Positions 52,451-62,712 are shown, counted from the first letter of the stretch. The stretch: DNA of 64,000 bases from Bdellovibrio sp. (GCA_036677065.1 JAKFBS010000008.1:96001-160000), one strand, 5' to 3'. The notes: generated from the letters alone by a model not told the origin. A program made the numbers and translations.

Positions 52451-54865
52451 ATGTGGAACGTGAACGCTGCAAAATTCTTAATTCTATTAAGCATTTATTT
52501 GTTTGCTCTTCCTGTTTTTGCAATGAACGGACGAACGACTTATCAAGCGAAAATTTCAAAGCCTGATGGTTACCCACTGGAATCTGCCAGCGTAAATTTC
52601 AGATTCACCGTTTTAGATACCGTCGGCAGTTGTATTCTTTATGTCGAAGACTATGCGGCGATCAACATGCAAGATACCGGCGGTTTAGTATCGTTTGCAT
52701 TAGGTAATGGATCGCGTGCGTTTCCAACCAGTGGAACTTCGCAAACATTTCAAAATATTTTTGACAACTCAGTAGCTTCTTTTCCCTGCCAAAATTTAGG
52801 AATTTATAATCCGGGCCCTAATGATACGCGCCGTGTGGTGATGCAATTTAACGAAGGTGTCGGTTGGCAAACGCTTCCAGCGATGACGATCAATTCTGTT
52901 CCGTATTCGATGTTTGCAAATACGGCGAATATAGCAAAAACATTAAATGGTAAAGCTGATACAGATTTTGTTGAATACACAGCTCTTACAGGCTTGAACT
53001 GTCAAAGTAACGAAGCCATTAAATTTAATGGTGTAAGTTTTAGTTGTATTCCGGTATCAGGAATTTCTGTCAGCGGTTCAGTTTTAGCTATTGGCGGAAC
53101 AGCTTCAGCACCAGTTATTTCTATGAGTGCAGTTTCAATGTCGAGTGATGGTTATTTAACATCATCAGATTATGCCGAATTTAAAGCTCAAGTCAGTAAT
53201 GTGAGTGCAACAGCACCGTTAGCCTCGACGGGTGGATCAACACCAACAATTTCAATCACTCAAGCGACATCTGCGTCGAATGGTTATTTATCTGCAGCAG
53301 ATTTCGTAACATTTAATAGTAAACAAAATGCCTTAGGTTATATTCCGTTAGATAGCGCCGTCTCTGGAACTTTTGCCGTCAAAGCTAATAACTTATCTGA
53401 TTTAACAAATGTCGCAACCGCCAGAACTAATTTAGGACTTGGAACTTTTGCGGTAGCAAACAGTATTGATTTAGGTTCAGCCAGTGCAACCGGAATCATT
53501 AATGAAGCCCGCTTCGCTAATCGCAGTGGGGTAACATCAGGAACGCAATACACAAAAGTCACGGTCGATGGAAAAGGTTTTGTAACTAACGGAAGCCAAA
53601 TTTCATCAGGTGATGTGACCACGGCTTTAGGTTATACACCGGCCAGCGCCTCAGCCAGTACACAGTGGAACACCAGTGGCACAACTATTAATTATACAAA
53701 TGGTTTTGTCGGTCTTGGAACCGCGGCGCCACAAGCCGCCTTAGATATTTTTAGTGGTTCATTAAGATTTTCAAATCTTTTAAGTGGCCAAGGAATTTCT
53801 GGATACTCTGGTGGTGGCGTGAATGTCATGAATCTAATCAGAGAAGATGCTATTAGTACGGGTGGATTAACTATGACTGCCTACGGCGGCATCGGTTTTG
53901 CGACTGGTGAAACTGCACCGACAACAAATTATGATTTTTTCATTAATAATACAGGTCGGGTGGGTATCGGAACAAATACGCCAACTGCGCAACTTGAAGT
54001 TAAAAACACATCGGCTACGATTAAAATCACATCGAGTGATGGAGTTAGCCCAAGTTATTTAAGAACAAATTTAAACGGGGTTTTTAATAGTTTTTTTGGA
54101 ACTGAAGGCCTTGCCGGCACGCTGTTTACCAATAGTTTAACTTTTGCTACGGTTCTTGGTTCACAATCAAATGTGCCTGTGCAAATCGCCACAAATGGGT
54201 CTGTTAAAACATCCATACTTGCTAATGGTAATATGGGTGTAGGCACGATTAGCCCCTCTGAAAAATTAGTCGTTGGTGATGATCTTGGCGATCTGACTGC
54301 TGGAAATGGTATTGTCGTTGGTGATGCTACAGGCGGTGGTTCTGTTTTTGTCGGAAAAGATGCTAGTAATTGGGGGCGAATTTCTTTTCAAAATGACAAG
54401 TTTGCAATTCAGCACAATGATGCCGGAACAACCAGTTCTATTTACATGGATGCGGGTAATGTCGGCATCGGAACAACAGCTCCGGCTGCAAAACTGGATG
54501 TTCAAGGTCAGGTTAAAACTTCAATGGGTACTCCGTTAGTAAATCCGGCCAGCGAAGCCGTTGATTTTGCTTCTGGTAATACTCAGTATGTTACCTTTAG
54601 TACGTGTCCTGGTAATGTGTTAACAGTGAATTTATTTTCGATACACGAAGGCAGTAGTTATTCGATTGTTATCGTTGCGCCGAATGGCTGTCTGGTTGAT
54701 TTTACCGGTATCTCGCATGCGATTGGTGGTTCTGGTGGAACCGCAGTGACAGCTTTTAAATATCCGGCAGGTCAAAAGTTTTCATCAACGGGTAACCCGA
54801 TGGTGTATTCTTTCTTGCGCGCAAACAATTTTGTATTCGTGGCACAAGTCGTAGATTTTCAATGA
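52451..54865 (+). CDS. MAT-like fibre adhesin (804 aa)
   Basis: N-terminal domain paralogous to 42789 (NGRTTYQAKISKPDG, QFNEG-GWQTLPAM-INSVPY); NNLSDL-ARTNLGL, VTVDGKG and GNVGIGT modules. Confidence 0.9.
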   Translation: MWNVNAAKFLILLSIYLFALPVFAMNGRTTYQAKISKPDGYPLESASVNFRFTVLDTVGSCILYVEDYAAINMQDTGGLVSFALGNGSRAFPTSGTSQTFQNIFDNSVASFPCQNLGIYNPGPNDTRRVVMQFNEGVGWQTLPAMTINSVPYSMFANTANIAKTLNGKADTDFVEYTALTGLNCQSNEAIKFNGVSFSCIPVSGISVSGSVLAIGGTASAPVISMSAVSMSSDGYLTSSDYAEFKAQVSNVSATAPLASTGGSTPTISITQATSASNGYLSAADFVTFNSKQNALGYIPLDSAVSGTFAVKANNLSDLTNVATARTNLGLGTFAVANSIDLGSASATGIINEARFANRSGVTSGTQYTKVTVDGKGFVTNGSQISSGDVTTALGYTPASASASTQWNTSGTTINYTNGFVGLGTAAPQAALDIFSGSLRFSNLLSGQGISGYSGGGVNVMNLIREDAISTGGLTMTAYGGIGFATGETAPTTNYDFFINNTGRVGIGTNTPTAQLEVKNTSATIKITSSDGVSPSYLRTNLNGVFNSFFGTEGLAGTLFTNSLTFATVLGSQSNVPVQIATNGSVKTSILANGNMGVGTISPSEKLVVGDDLGDLTAGNGIVVGDATGGGSVFVGKDASNWGRISFQNDKFAIQHNDAGTTSSIYMDAGNVGIGTTAPAAKLDVQGQVKTSMGTPLVNPASEAVDFASGNTQYVTFSTCPGNVLTVNLFSIHEGSSYSIVIVAPNGCLVDFTGISHAIGGSGGTAVTAFKYPAGQKFSSTGNPMVYSFLRANNFVFVAQVVDFQ

Positions 54866-57800
54866 TGAAGATAAGTTTAATTATTCTTTTTATATTTTAC
54901 GGTTTTTTCGGAAATGCGTTTTTTCCGAATATGGCCTTTTGGAAAAGATCAATTTATCCAGTCTTTGCCTCAGTTAGTTCAACCGGAATCGGTACAACCC
55001 CAAGTAATGATACCAGCCAGCGCTATATTACTGTCGGCGGGCCGGGAATTCTTTCATATAAAGCAGTGCTGATTACTTCAGGCACATGTAACAGTGCCGG
55101 AGTAGCTGCTAATTTACTTGCGGCGACTGAAGAAACTATTGCCACTAATTTTTATTTTACTCCGCCGGTGAATACCGTCGATGATTTTTTCACTGTCTGT
55201 GTGATCGGTAAAAACTTTGTGGGTGCCTGGCAGAATGAAAATTTACCCACAGCCAGTATTACCTTACGTGTGAATACGATTAAACCTGTCGTGCAAACTC
55301 TTTCTGCCGACGGTGGAGCAACCGCAACAGATTCTAATGTGGTGCAAATTGCGCTGACAGCAAATCACACGAATTTAAAAATTAATCAGTTTTGTTTAAA
55401 ATCACAAATCGGAACTCCTGCACCTGATGATCCACCTAAAAACGATGCGTGCTGGAAAACCCTGGATGGGATTAACCCGGCGATATTGCCAGCAACAGCC
55501 ATTAATTTTTCTGGATTTAATTTTAGTATTGGTTATGTGCAAGCGACCTATTCAATCTATGCCTGGGCCAAAAGCGAAGCGGGCGCAATTTCTTCACTTT
55601 CTAATACGGCCTCGGGCACCATCGGCATTGATAAATTTGATACCACGTACACACCGCCACAAGCCCCTGAAATTACCAATGTACTGGCTTTAAATTCTGA
55701 TACTCCCGGAAGCCCGATTTCAGAAGCGGATTTATTTATTCCGGCAGGGCAATCAGTTTTTATCAAATGGGCAGCAACTGACGATATTGCGTTGCCTGCT
55801 GATGCGATCACGATTTCTTTTACCGCTGATGAAGAAATTTTTAATTCTGTGGTCAGTGGTATTCCGAATGTGGCCGGAGCAGGGTGCACTATTGATGGTA
55901 ATGCCACCGGCTGCTACAGATGGACTAACGGGTCACCATTTTCAACATACTTTAAAGTTCGGGTGGGCGTTGCAGATACAACGGGTTTAATCAGCTACGC
56001 CTCGGCTCCGCCAAATAACACTACACCTTTTTCTATTATTGCCGGCAATACTGATTTAGGTTTAAACGGCAGTGCGGCCTCAGCTATTTTTAAAACACGC
56101 AACGCTGCAGGTACTAATAATTCTGGACAAGGCCGCTTCGTTGTCCGCAGTGATGGTAATGTTTATATTTTAGATGAACGTGGGTTATTGCAAATTAATC
56201 CCTATGATGGCTTATTAAAATTATATATGCCGATCAATGGCACTGCGGTAAATGGCAATGTTGCTAGCGCTAGCTTAAAAAATCCAATCAAAATGGCGCT
56301 CGATGCTTCAGAAAATTTAATAATTTATGACTACGATCTAATTCGAAAAATTAATTTTACAACAGGACAAATCACGACTTTAATTGGTGGGGGTAATAGC
56401 AACGCCAATGCAACTTTAGCCAGTGATTTTCAAATTAATCCCATCGGTGGCAGTTTTGAATATGTATTATTTACGATTTTGCCGAATGGAAATATCTGGT
56501 TTCAAATTAATGATGACTTTATGCGCTCACGTAATGCCGGCGCAAAAGTTCGTTATTACAATGCCGCTGATCAAAAAGTTTATATTATCACTCCGTCAGG
56601 AACAGGTTCTCTTGAAGATGCTGGTTTTGATCCAAGCACGTACTCAATTTATAATTTCGGAATCACTTTTGATCCGGACACCTCAACTGTAACAAAAATT
56701 CGTTCGCGCTCGATTATTCCAACCACCGGTGGTCATAATCCGCGAAGTGTAAGTTATAATCCAACTCACGGGGGTGTTGAAGCTCCACATATTCCATTTG
56801 TTAATTATTGGGCTGATGATAATACCTTCACCGCTATGAGTGGTGTGATGTACAACGTGGATCACTTCGATAGGCAGGGAATTCACCGCTATAATCCACT
56901 GACGAACTCGTGGGTTCGCCTATTAGGTACGGGCACCAAAGGGCAATGTCTTGATGGCGTGGATGCGCTTTCGTGCAATACAGATTTAACTGATGTTTAT
57001 GTAAGTCCGGTCGGGCAAGTTTATTTCATGGATAGAAACCGCATTCGTGTGATCGATGCGGCAAACCAAGTACAAACTTTATTCGGGCAATCATTAGCTT
57101 TCGGAGACGGCTCAAAAGCGACTTCGGCTCGTCTATCGCGAGTGCTGTGGATTGACCGTGCAAGTGATGGGCGAATTATGGTAGCTGATAATAATGAATT
57201 TCGAATTCGCGAATTTATCGCTGGCGGAACCATGTCACTTGTTGCCGGTAACGGATCTGATAGTGCACCCAACACCGTAAGCCCTGCTGTTAGCCAACCG
57301 ATCACGGTCAAATACTGGGGAGCCACATATCCATTTGCAGTCGATGCGCCCACCGGTGATATTTTCTATGCGCGAGGTGGTTCATATCTTTCACGCTTAA
57401 CGCGTGCCACAGGTTTGTGGTCTGATATTGCCGGCGGTGGTGCAACTGATTACACGGCAGGTGATGCATTGATTGGAAATCAAATTTCAATCTCAGGTTA
57501 TCCACAAGGGCCAATGGGTTATAACGGTTCACAAATCATGCGTTCATTCCATCAATGGAACGGCACAACCCAGGTTAATTCAATGATTAAACTTTATAGC
57601 ACGGCTGATGGCACCCAGACTCACTTTGCCGGGCTGCTTGGTGTTAATGTCGGTTCACTTGATAGCTGTGCGGTCAGCAGTACGCTGGCTACTTGTAAAG
57701 CTCCGACAAATTTTAATTCTTTTTCAAAAGCGCAGTGGGATTCTGTGAATAGCTATTGGTTAATTCACCATATCGGCAGTTCAATTATTCACACCGCCGT

Positions 57801-58077
57801 CGAAGGCGGAGAAATCGGCAATCTAGTCAGTCTTCCGCGCGGGGCTCAATCTTTTTATTACGTCGTGAAAACTGGCATTCCGCATGTGTATTATTGCTCT
57901 GGTGGTAAAGTGTATAAATATAATCTGAACACATCGAGCGAGACGGCGTTATTCTGGCCTAGTGAAACGATCAGTTGTGATGGCTATTCGATGACTTGGG
58001 ATCCCGTGCAAAATTCAATTATTTTTCCGATTTTACAAAATGGCATAGGCGGGGTAGCTAGGATTTTAGATCCTTAA
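54862..58077 (+). CDS. Exported protein with Ig-like and NHL/teneurin-like beta-propeller repeats, coupled to the fibre gene
   Basis: ATGA overlap with the fibre gene; hydrophobic N-terminus; IIAGN, TTLIGGG, GDGSKATSARL and IMVADNNEFRIR NHL-like blades. Confidence 0.75.
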   Translation: MMKISLIILFIFYGFFGNAFFPNMAFWKRSIYPVFASVSSTGIGTTPSNDTSQRYITVGGPGILSYKAVLITSGTCNSAGVAANLLAATEETIATNFYFTPPVNTVDDFFTVCVIGKNFVGAWQNENLPTASITLRVNTIKPVVQTLSADGGATATDSNVVQIALTANHTNLKINQFCLKSQIGTPAPDDPPKNDACWKTLDGINPAILPATAINFSGFNFSIGYVQATYSIYAWAKSEAGAISSLSNTASGTIGIDKFDTTYTPPQAPEITNVLALNSDTPGSPISEADLFIPAGQSVFIKWAATDDIALPADAITISFTADEEIFNSVVSGIPNVAGAGCTIDGNATGCYRWTNGSPFSTYFKVRVGVADTTGLISYASAPPNNTTPFSIIAGNTDLGLNGSAASAIFKTRNAAGTNNSGQGRFVVRSDGNVYILDERGLLQINPYDGLLKLYMPINGTAVNGNVASASLKNPIKMALDASENLIIYDYDLIRKINFTTGQITTLIGGGNSNANATLASDFQINPIGGSFEYVLFTILPNGNIWFQINDDFMRSRNAGAKVRYYNAADQKVYIITPSGTGSLEDAGFDPSTYSIYNFGITFDPDTSTVTKIRSRSIIPTTGGHNPRSVSYNPTHGGVEAPHIPFVNYWADDNTFTAMSGVMYNVDHFDRQGIHRYNPLTNSWVRLLGTGTKGQCLDGVDALSCNTDLTDVYVSPVGQVYFMDRNRIRVIDAANQVQTLFGQSLAFGDGSKATSARLSRVLWIDRASDGRIMVADNNEFRIREFIAGGTMSLVAGNGSDSAPNTVSPAVSQPITVKYWGATYPFAVDAPTGDIFYARGGSYLSRLTRATGLWSDIAGGGATDYTAGDALIGNQISISGYPQGPMGYNGSQIMRSFHQWNGTTQVNSMIKLYSTADGTQTHFAGLLGVNVGSLDSCAVSSTLATCKAPTNFNSFSKAQWDSVNSYWLIHHIGSSIIHTAVEGGEIGNLVSLPRGAQSFYYVVKTGIPHVYYCSGGKVYKYNLNTSSETALFWPSETISCDGYSMTWDPVQNSIIFPILQNGIGGVARILDP

Positions 58078-58140
58078 CGCAGCCTCTCGGGTCTCCATAT
58101 TGCATATCTTCTGAATATATACACGTAAGGAGATTTATCT

Positions 58141-59727
58141 ATGGAAACCAAATCAGTTTGGCAAGCAACCGCATCAATGCCAAAATTTTCTCCGCTCGCA
58201 GATAATTTAAATGTTGAAGTTTGTATTGTCGGTGGCGGTATCGCTGGTCTTACGACAGCTTATCTTTTAATGAAAGAAGGTTTGAAGGTCTGCGTCTTAG
58301 AAGCCCTTGACCTTGCAAGTGGTCAGACGGGCAAAACAACAGCTCATTTTGTAACAGCACTTGATGATCGCTTTTTTGCAATCGAAAAAATTCACGGTGA
58401 AGATGGGGCGAAGATTGCGGCAGATAGTCACCGCATGGCGATCGAGAAAGTTGAAAAAATTGTTCGCGATGAAAAAATTGAGTGCGATCTTGAAAGACTG
58501 GATGGTTATCTTTTTTCTAAAGGGGATTCTCGGGTAAATGTTTTAGAAAAAGAACTTGAAGCTGCTCGTCGTGCAGGCCTTGCAGATGTCGAACTCATCG
58601 CGAATTCTACAATAGGTTCATTTAATACTGGCCAATGTCTTAGGTTTCCGAATCAGCTGCAACTGCATCCGTTAAAATATTTAGCAGCTCTGGCTAAAAT
58701 AATTACTGAGCGTGGCGGTCTGATTTACACAAACACTCGAGTTAAAGAATTTCAGGGCGGAGATTTAGCCTTTGTAAAAACCGAAAGTGGCCATAAAGTG
58801 ACGGCCCGGTCAATTGTCGTAGCTACGAATAGTCCTGTGAATGATCTTTTTGCAATTCATACAAAACAAGCGCCCTACAGAACTTATGTTCTCGGATTTA
58901 AAGTTCCGAAAGGAAGTCTTTCAAAAGGTCTTTATTGGGATACCTTAGATCCATATCATTATCTTCGCCTTGAAAAAGGTGATGATACGCATGAAGTGTT
59001 AATTGTCGGTGGTGAAGATCATAAAACAGGTCAAGATGATCATCCTGAAAATAGATTTGAAAGTTTAGAACGCTGGACACGCGATCGCTTTCTGATGACA
59101 TCAGATATTCTTTATAAGTGGTCAGGACAAGTGATGGAGCCTGTGGATGGCATGGCTTTTCTTGGTCGCAATCCTATGGATAGAAATAATGTCTATGTCA
59201 TTACCGGAGACTCTGGCAACGGCATGACCCATTGTACGATCGGCGCTATGCTGGTCAGTGATCAAATCATGGGTCGCGAAAACCGCTGGGAAAAACTTTA
59301 TAATCCTTCACGAATTTCGCTGCGTGCAACACCAGAATTCTTAAAAGAAAATCTGAATGTGGCGGCTCAGTACGGTGATTGGTTAGCCGTCAAAGCAAAA
59401 CCGAATTTTGCAGATTTACCGGCAGGTGAGGGCACTGTTTTTCGTGATGGTTTGAAAATGGTCGCAGCTTTTAAAAATGAATCGGGAGACATAGAATTAA
59501 TGTCGGCATCATGCCCGCATTTAGCTGGAGTTGTAGCGTGGAATGATGTTGAAAAATCCTGGGATTGTCCTTGTCATGGTTCGCGCTTCGATGCGCATGG
59601 CAAAGTGATCGAAGGACCAGCCTTCAGTGATTTAAAAAAATTAAAAGGTCTTGGGGATGAGGTCGTTGCTGATCTTAAAGCACAGCCGAAAAATAAAGAG
59701 CGCAAAAAACCTGAAGTTCATCCTTAA
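58141..59727 (+). CDS. FAD-dependent oxidoreductase (DAO family) with C-terminal Rieske 2Fe-2S domain (YhfW-like)
   Basis: IVGGGIAG FAD-binding motif; CPHLAG...WDCPCHGSRF Rieske motif; AAGGAG RBS. Confidence 0.9.
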   Translation: METKSVWQATASMPKFSPLADNLNVEVCIVGGGIAGLTTAYLLMKEGLKVCVLEALDLASGQTGKTTAHFVTALDDRFFAIEKIHGEDGAKIAADSHRMAIEKVEKIVRDEKIECDLERLDGYLFSKGDSRVNVLEKELEAARRAGLADVELIANSTIGSFNTGQCLRFPNQLQLHPLKYLAALAKIITERGGLIYTNTRVKEFQGGDLAFVKTESGHKVTARSIVVATNSPVNDLFAIHTKQAPYRTYVLGFKVPKGSLSKGLYWDTLDPYHYLRLEKGDDTHEVLIVGGEDHKTGQDDHPENRFESLERWTRDRFLMTSDILYKWSGQVMEPVDGMAFLGRNPMDRNNVYVITGDSGNGMTHCTIGAMLVSDQIMGRENRWEKLYNPSRISLRATPEFLKENLNVAAQYGDWLAVKAKPNFADLPAGEGTVFRDGLKMVAAFKNESGDIELMSASCPHLAGVVAWNDVEKSWDCPCHGSRFDAHGKVIEGPAFSDLKKLKGLGDEVVADLKAQPKNKERKKPEVHP

Positions 59728-59737
59728 GCAGATGTAG

Positions 59738-61015
59738 CTAATCAGCTTTTAACGCATTTAAAATAGACGTGTGATCTTTTTGAAAAATACGGCTAATTTC
59801 AGCAACCGTTAATTTTAATTCATCACGTAAACGCACAATAGCTTCTTTGCGTGCCGAAAAAATCAGTTTTGTTCTGGATTTGCCTTTTAAGTCAGAGACT
59901 TTTAATTTGTGCTTCAGTGCAGTTTCTTCAATAATTGAATCCACTGAAAGGTTTTTAATTTTTTCTTTCGATTGCACCGGAAACATTTTTTCAACAGCTT
60001 GTATGTCAAGATGGCCATTGATTTTTTTAAGCATAATTAAACGGTTAACAATGCCTTCAACGCTGCGATAACAGCTGCCAAAGTGTTGGCTGGTGTTTGT
60101 TTGTAAATCTGCATTTAAACTTAATTGATGATTATCAAGCTGCGCCCGAAAGTATTTCATTTTTGAATCATAACAGGGGGCTTCAAGGTGAAGCTGTAAA
60201 CCTGACTGAAAGCGTGATTTCAGGCGTTCTTCAATAGTATCAATCGCCATTAAGTCACTATCTGAGGTGAAAAATATTTTCTTACCTGCAAGGCTATAAT
60301 CATTCATTAAATTGAATAATTCTAATTGTGTGGCTTTGGCTCTGGCAATGGCCTGAATATCATCAATTAACAGTAAGTCTGTTTTTAAACGGTACTTATC
60401 ACGAAATGCACCAGTCGTTTTGGTAAAAATCGCGGTTTGAAAATCATTAATAAATTCATCACCGCTGATCACTTTAACGCGTAGGTTAGGATATTGAGAA
60501 AGAGCTAACCAGCCAGCGGCATGCAACATATGACTTTTGCCTGCGCCTGATGGCCCCTTAATAAGAGCAAAAGGCATGGTGATTGATTTATCAGTAACTA
60601 TCGCCTGTAGTGATTGCGCCGAAAAAGTATTTTCTAAAGTCGGAATCAAGGTATCAAAACTATATTGTCTTGAAAGCTCATATTTATTTTTAAATTGAAA
60701 CGTTGGTGCAGCAACGGGTACTTGAATAGAAGCTGCAACGGGTGCGGCTTCTGACTCTGTTGAGTAATCCAATAATGATTGTTGGCGACTTTCAATAATA
60801 AATTCGATCAACGCAGGTTTATTGTAAAGTTTTTCGTACTTGTCCTGAATTTGACTCGTTAAATGTCTTACCGTCATCTCTTTAACTATTAAGCTTTCAA
60901 CGCTTAATACGACTTTTGTAAAATCAGAAGATTCTGTGACTTCTGCAATTTTCACAGAATTCATCAGATAGCTGACTACAGGAGAATGAGACAAATTAAG
61001 TTCAGGGAGGTTCAA
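59738..61015 (-). CDS. Divergent DnaA-family AAA+ protein with domain IV; no dnaN next to it
   Basis: GPSGAGKSH (Walker A), LLLIDDIQ (Walker B), TQLELFNLMN, RLKSRFQSGL, YRSVEG and FQKDHTSILNA. Confidence 0.85.
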   Translation of the reverse strand: MNLPELNLSHSPVVSYLMNSVKIAEVTESSDFTKVVLSVESLIVKEMTVRHLTSQIQDKYEKLYNKPALIEFIIESRQQSLLDYSTESEAAPVAASIQVPVAAPTFQFKNKYELSRQYSFDTLIPTLENTFSAQSLQAIVTDKSITMPFALIKGPSGAGKSHMLHAAGWLALSQYPNLRVKVISGDEFINDFQTAIFTKTTGAFRDKYRLKTDLLLIDDIQAIARAKATQLELFNLMNDYSLAGKKIFFTSDSDLMAIDTIEERLKSRFQSGLQLHLEAPCYDSKMKYFRAQLDNHQLSLNADLQTNTSQHFGSCYRSVEGIVNRLIMLKKINGHLDIQAVEKMFPVQSKEKIKNLSVDSIIEETALKHKLKVSDLKGKSRTKLIFSARKEAIVRLRDELKLTVAEISRIFQKDHTSILNALKAD

Positions 61016-61210
61016 AGCAGAGTTCCTTTTTTAAAGAGCTGCTATGCTTGATCGAATTTTTTTTTGATTCAATCTAATAATTTTTTAAGAATTGCGTGAC
61101 GAAAATACACTCAAATTTAATGGCACTTTTATCTATTTTGCGGAAAAAATAGTGCGTTAATTTTGTAAAATAAATTGTAATTAAATTTTTTATTTAAAAA
61201 TGAAAAAAAC

Positions 61211-61243
61211 TAAAACGCCTTTTCGAGATTAAAAGACGTTTTT
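61211..61243. terminator. Probable terminator of the L,D-transpeptidase-family gene
   Basis: AAAACGCCTTTT-N7-AAAAGACGTTTT inverted repeat just after the stop codon. Confidence 0.55.
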
Positions 61244-61266
61244 GCTTAAATTAAGCGCTATAGCGA

Positions 61267-61998
61267 CTACTTAGAAAGATTGGCGTAAAGTAAGCTTCCG
61301 TTTTTGATCTTAGCAACCACTGAAGAGTGATATTTCGGATCTAGAACAAAACAGCCCCAGCTGCGGCCGGCTTTTTTCTTTTCTTCGCTGACATAACTTG
61401 CGCTGTGAACAACAACAGCTCTGGCGCGAGCTTTTGAGTTTGTTGAAGATAAGCCGTCTAAGCGAATAGAAAGGCCATGTTTACCATGATAAGTTTCAGC
61501 TACACGAAAGTAGCCCAGTGAAGACATCTCGCTGCCTGATACATTGCTATAGCGTTCTGCGTAGCCATCATTGTTCGTATCAGAACCTTTACCGTGTGAA
61601 GTGTGTAAGGCTGAAACTTTTCCGGTCGTCATATCAACTAAGTAAAAACGCGATTTAGATGAATGTGCCGAAAAATCAACAATTGAAAGATATTTTTGAT
61701 TCGCAAAATTTTTCTTATTCACATCAAAATAGGCAAGTGCTGCGTCACGCAGTTTTTTTGGAATCACGCGACTAGGGTCAACATAGTCATAGTTTGTACC
61801 AGATTGGGCAATATCTTCAGCTGTGATGTCTTCAGTTAAAGTATGAGGTACATTATTCTTAAAATCTAAACGATCTTGAACGGCTTTTGGTAAAACAACT
61901 TCGCGCGTTGTTTCTTCTGCTGCGCCAGTCGTTTGCGCCAATGAAGTGATTGGGCTTAATGATAAAAATAGGGCTAAAGACAATTTTTTTGCCGACAT
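61267..61998 (-). CDS. Murein L,D-transpeptidase catalytic-domain protein (YkuD_2-like), exported
   Basis: IVDFSAHSSKSRF, HGKGSD, SSLGYF, VVVHSA (His) and GRSWGC (Cys) motifs; GGAGG RBS. Confidence 0.88.
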   Translation of the reverse strand: MSAKKLSLALFLSLSPITSLAQTTGAAEETTREVVLPKAVQDRLDFKNNVPHTLTEDITAEDIAQSGTNYDYVDPSRVIPKKLRDAALAYFDVNKKNFANQKYLSIVDFSAHSSKSRFYLVDMTTGKVSALHTSHGKGSDTNNDGYAERYSNVSGSEMSSLGYFRVAETYHGKHGLSIRLDGLSSTNSKARARAVVVHSASYVSEEKKKAGRSWGCFVLDPKYHSSVVAKIKNGSLLYANLSK

Positions 61999-62209
61999 GA
62001 AAATCCTCCGAAGTTATGTAGAGATTTTCGGATGTTTTTCGTGCAAGAGTTAATCCAGTTTTTACCAGAAGTGGATAAAGGCGAGATAAAATTTTTGTGT
62101 AACGATAAATTGCGTCACGTTAGGACCTAAGGCGTAGGATTTTGCTTAAGCCAAAAGAAAACGCCGACGGTAAAGTCGGCGATTCTATATGGTATTTACC
62201 TAAATAAAA

Positions 62210-62509
62210 TTATTTAGATAAAAAACGGCAGTGTTGACCGATTAGGTTAGCAGAAATGCCAGAACCTACAGTCACAGTTTCGCCAACAGCAGCTGAAGCA
62301 TCGATTCTTTGTTGAACAACAACTTCACGCTCTTTACCAGCGCGACGTTCCATGTTGTACACAACATATTTGTAAGTTTTAGCAGATCCACCGTTAGTTA
62401 CAGAACAGTGATATTCGCCACCAGAGAAAGATAGTTTTCCGTACGTGCTCGATAGAGCATGTGCAGATAAAGAAGCCACAGTAGCCAATAATACGATAAC
62501 AGTTTTCAT
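62210..62509 (-). CDS. Small secreted protein
   Basis: GGAGG RBS before ATG 62509; signal peptide ending AHA; one Cys pair; hairpin at about 62161-62181 downstream. Confidence 0.7.
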   Translation of the reverse strand: MKTVIVLLATVASLSAHALSSTYGKLSFSGGEYHCSVTNGGSAKTYKYVVYNMERRAGKEREVVVQQRIDASAAVGETVTVGSGISANLIGQHCRFLSK

Positions 62510-62675
62510 AGAAACCTCCATTTGTGCGATCGTTATAGGTAAACAAAAAAATCTCGTCAAATGGCATGAGCGATGAAAACCACGTCGCGTTGTTAAATAA
62601 CGTTAGCCATCGAGAACGTTATTCGCGGCTAACACTTTTTATTAATTACCTTTCATCTACGAAGGTCCAGTCAAG

Positions 62676-62703
62676 TTTAGTAGCTCTTTGAAATCGCCGA
62701 TAA
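62676..62703 (+). promoter_or_regulatory. Putative sigma28 promoter
   Basis: TTTAG-N15-GCCGATAA (perfect -10), ending 9 nt before ATG 62713. Confidence 0.65.
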
Positions 62704-62712
62704 TTCGATCGT

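Noticed and set aside
3..54865. Diversity-generating retroelement or invertase shufflon acting on the fibre repeats
   Set aside because: No reverse transcriptase or recombinase in the window; repeat differences are mostly synonymous rather than adenine-specific; all fibre genes are co-oriented, with no inverted cassettes.
61016..62100. oriC next to the dnaA-like gene
   Set aside because: AT-rich, but only one near-consensus DnaA box was found (TTATCCACT, 62070-62078, minus strand), about 1 kb away; no box cluster and no dnaN.
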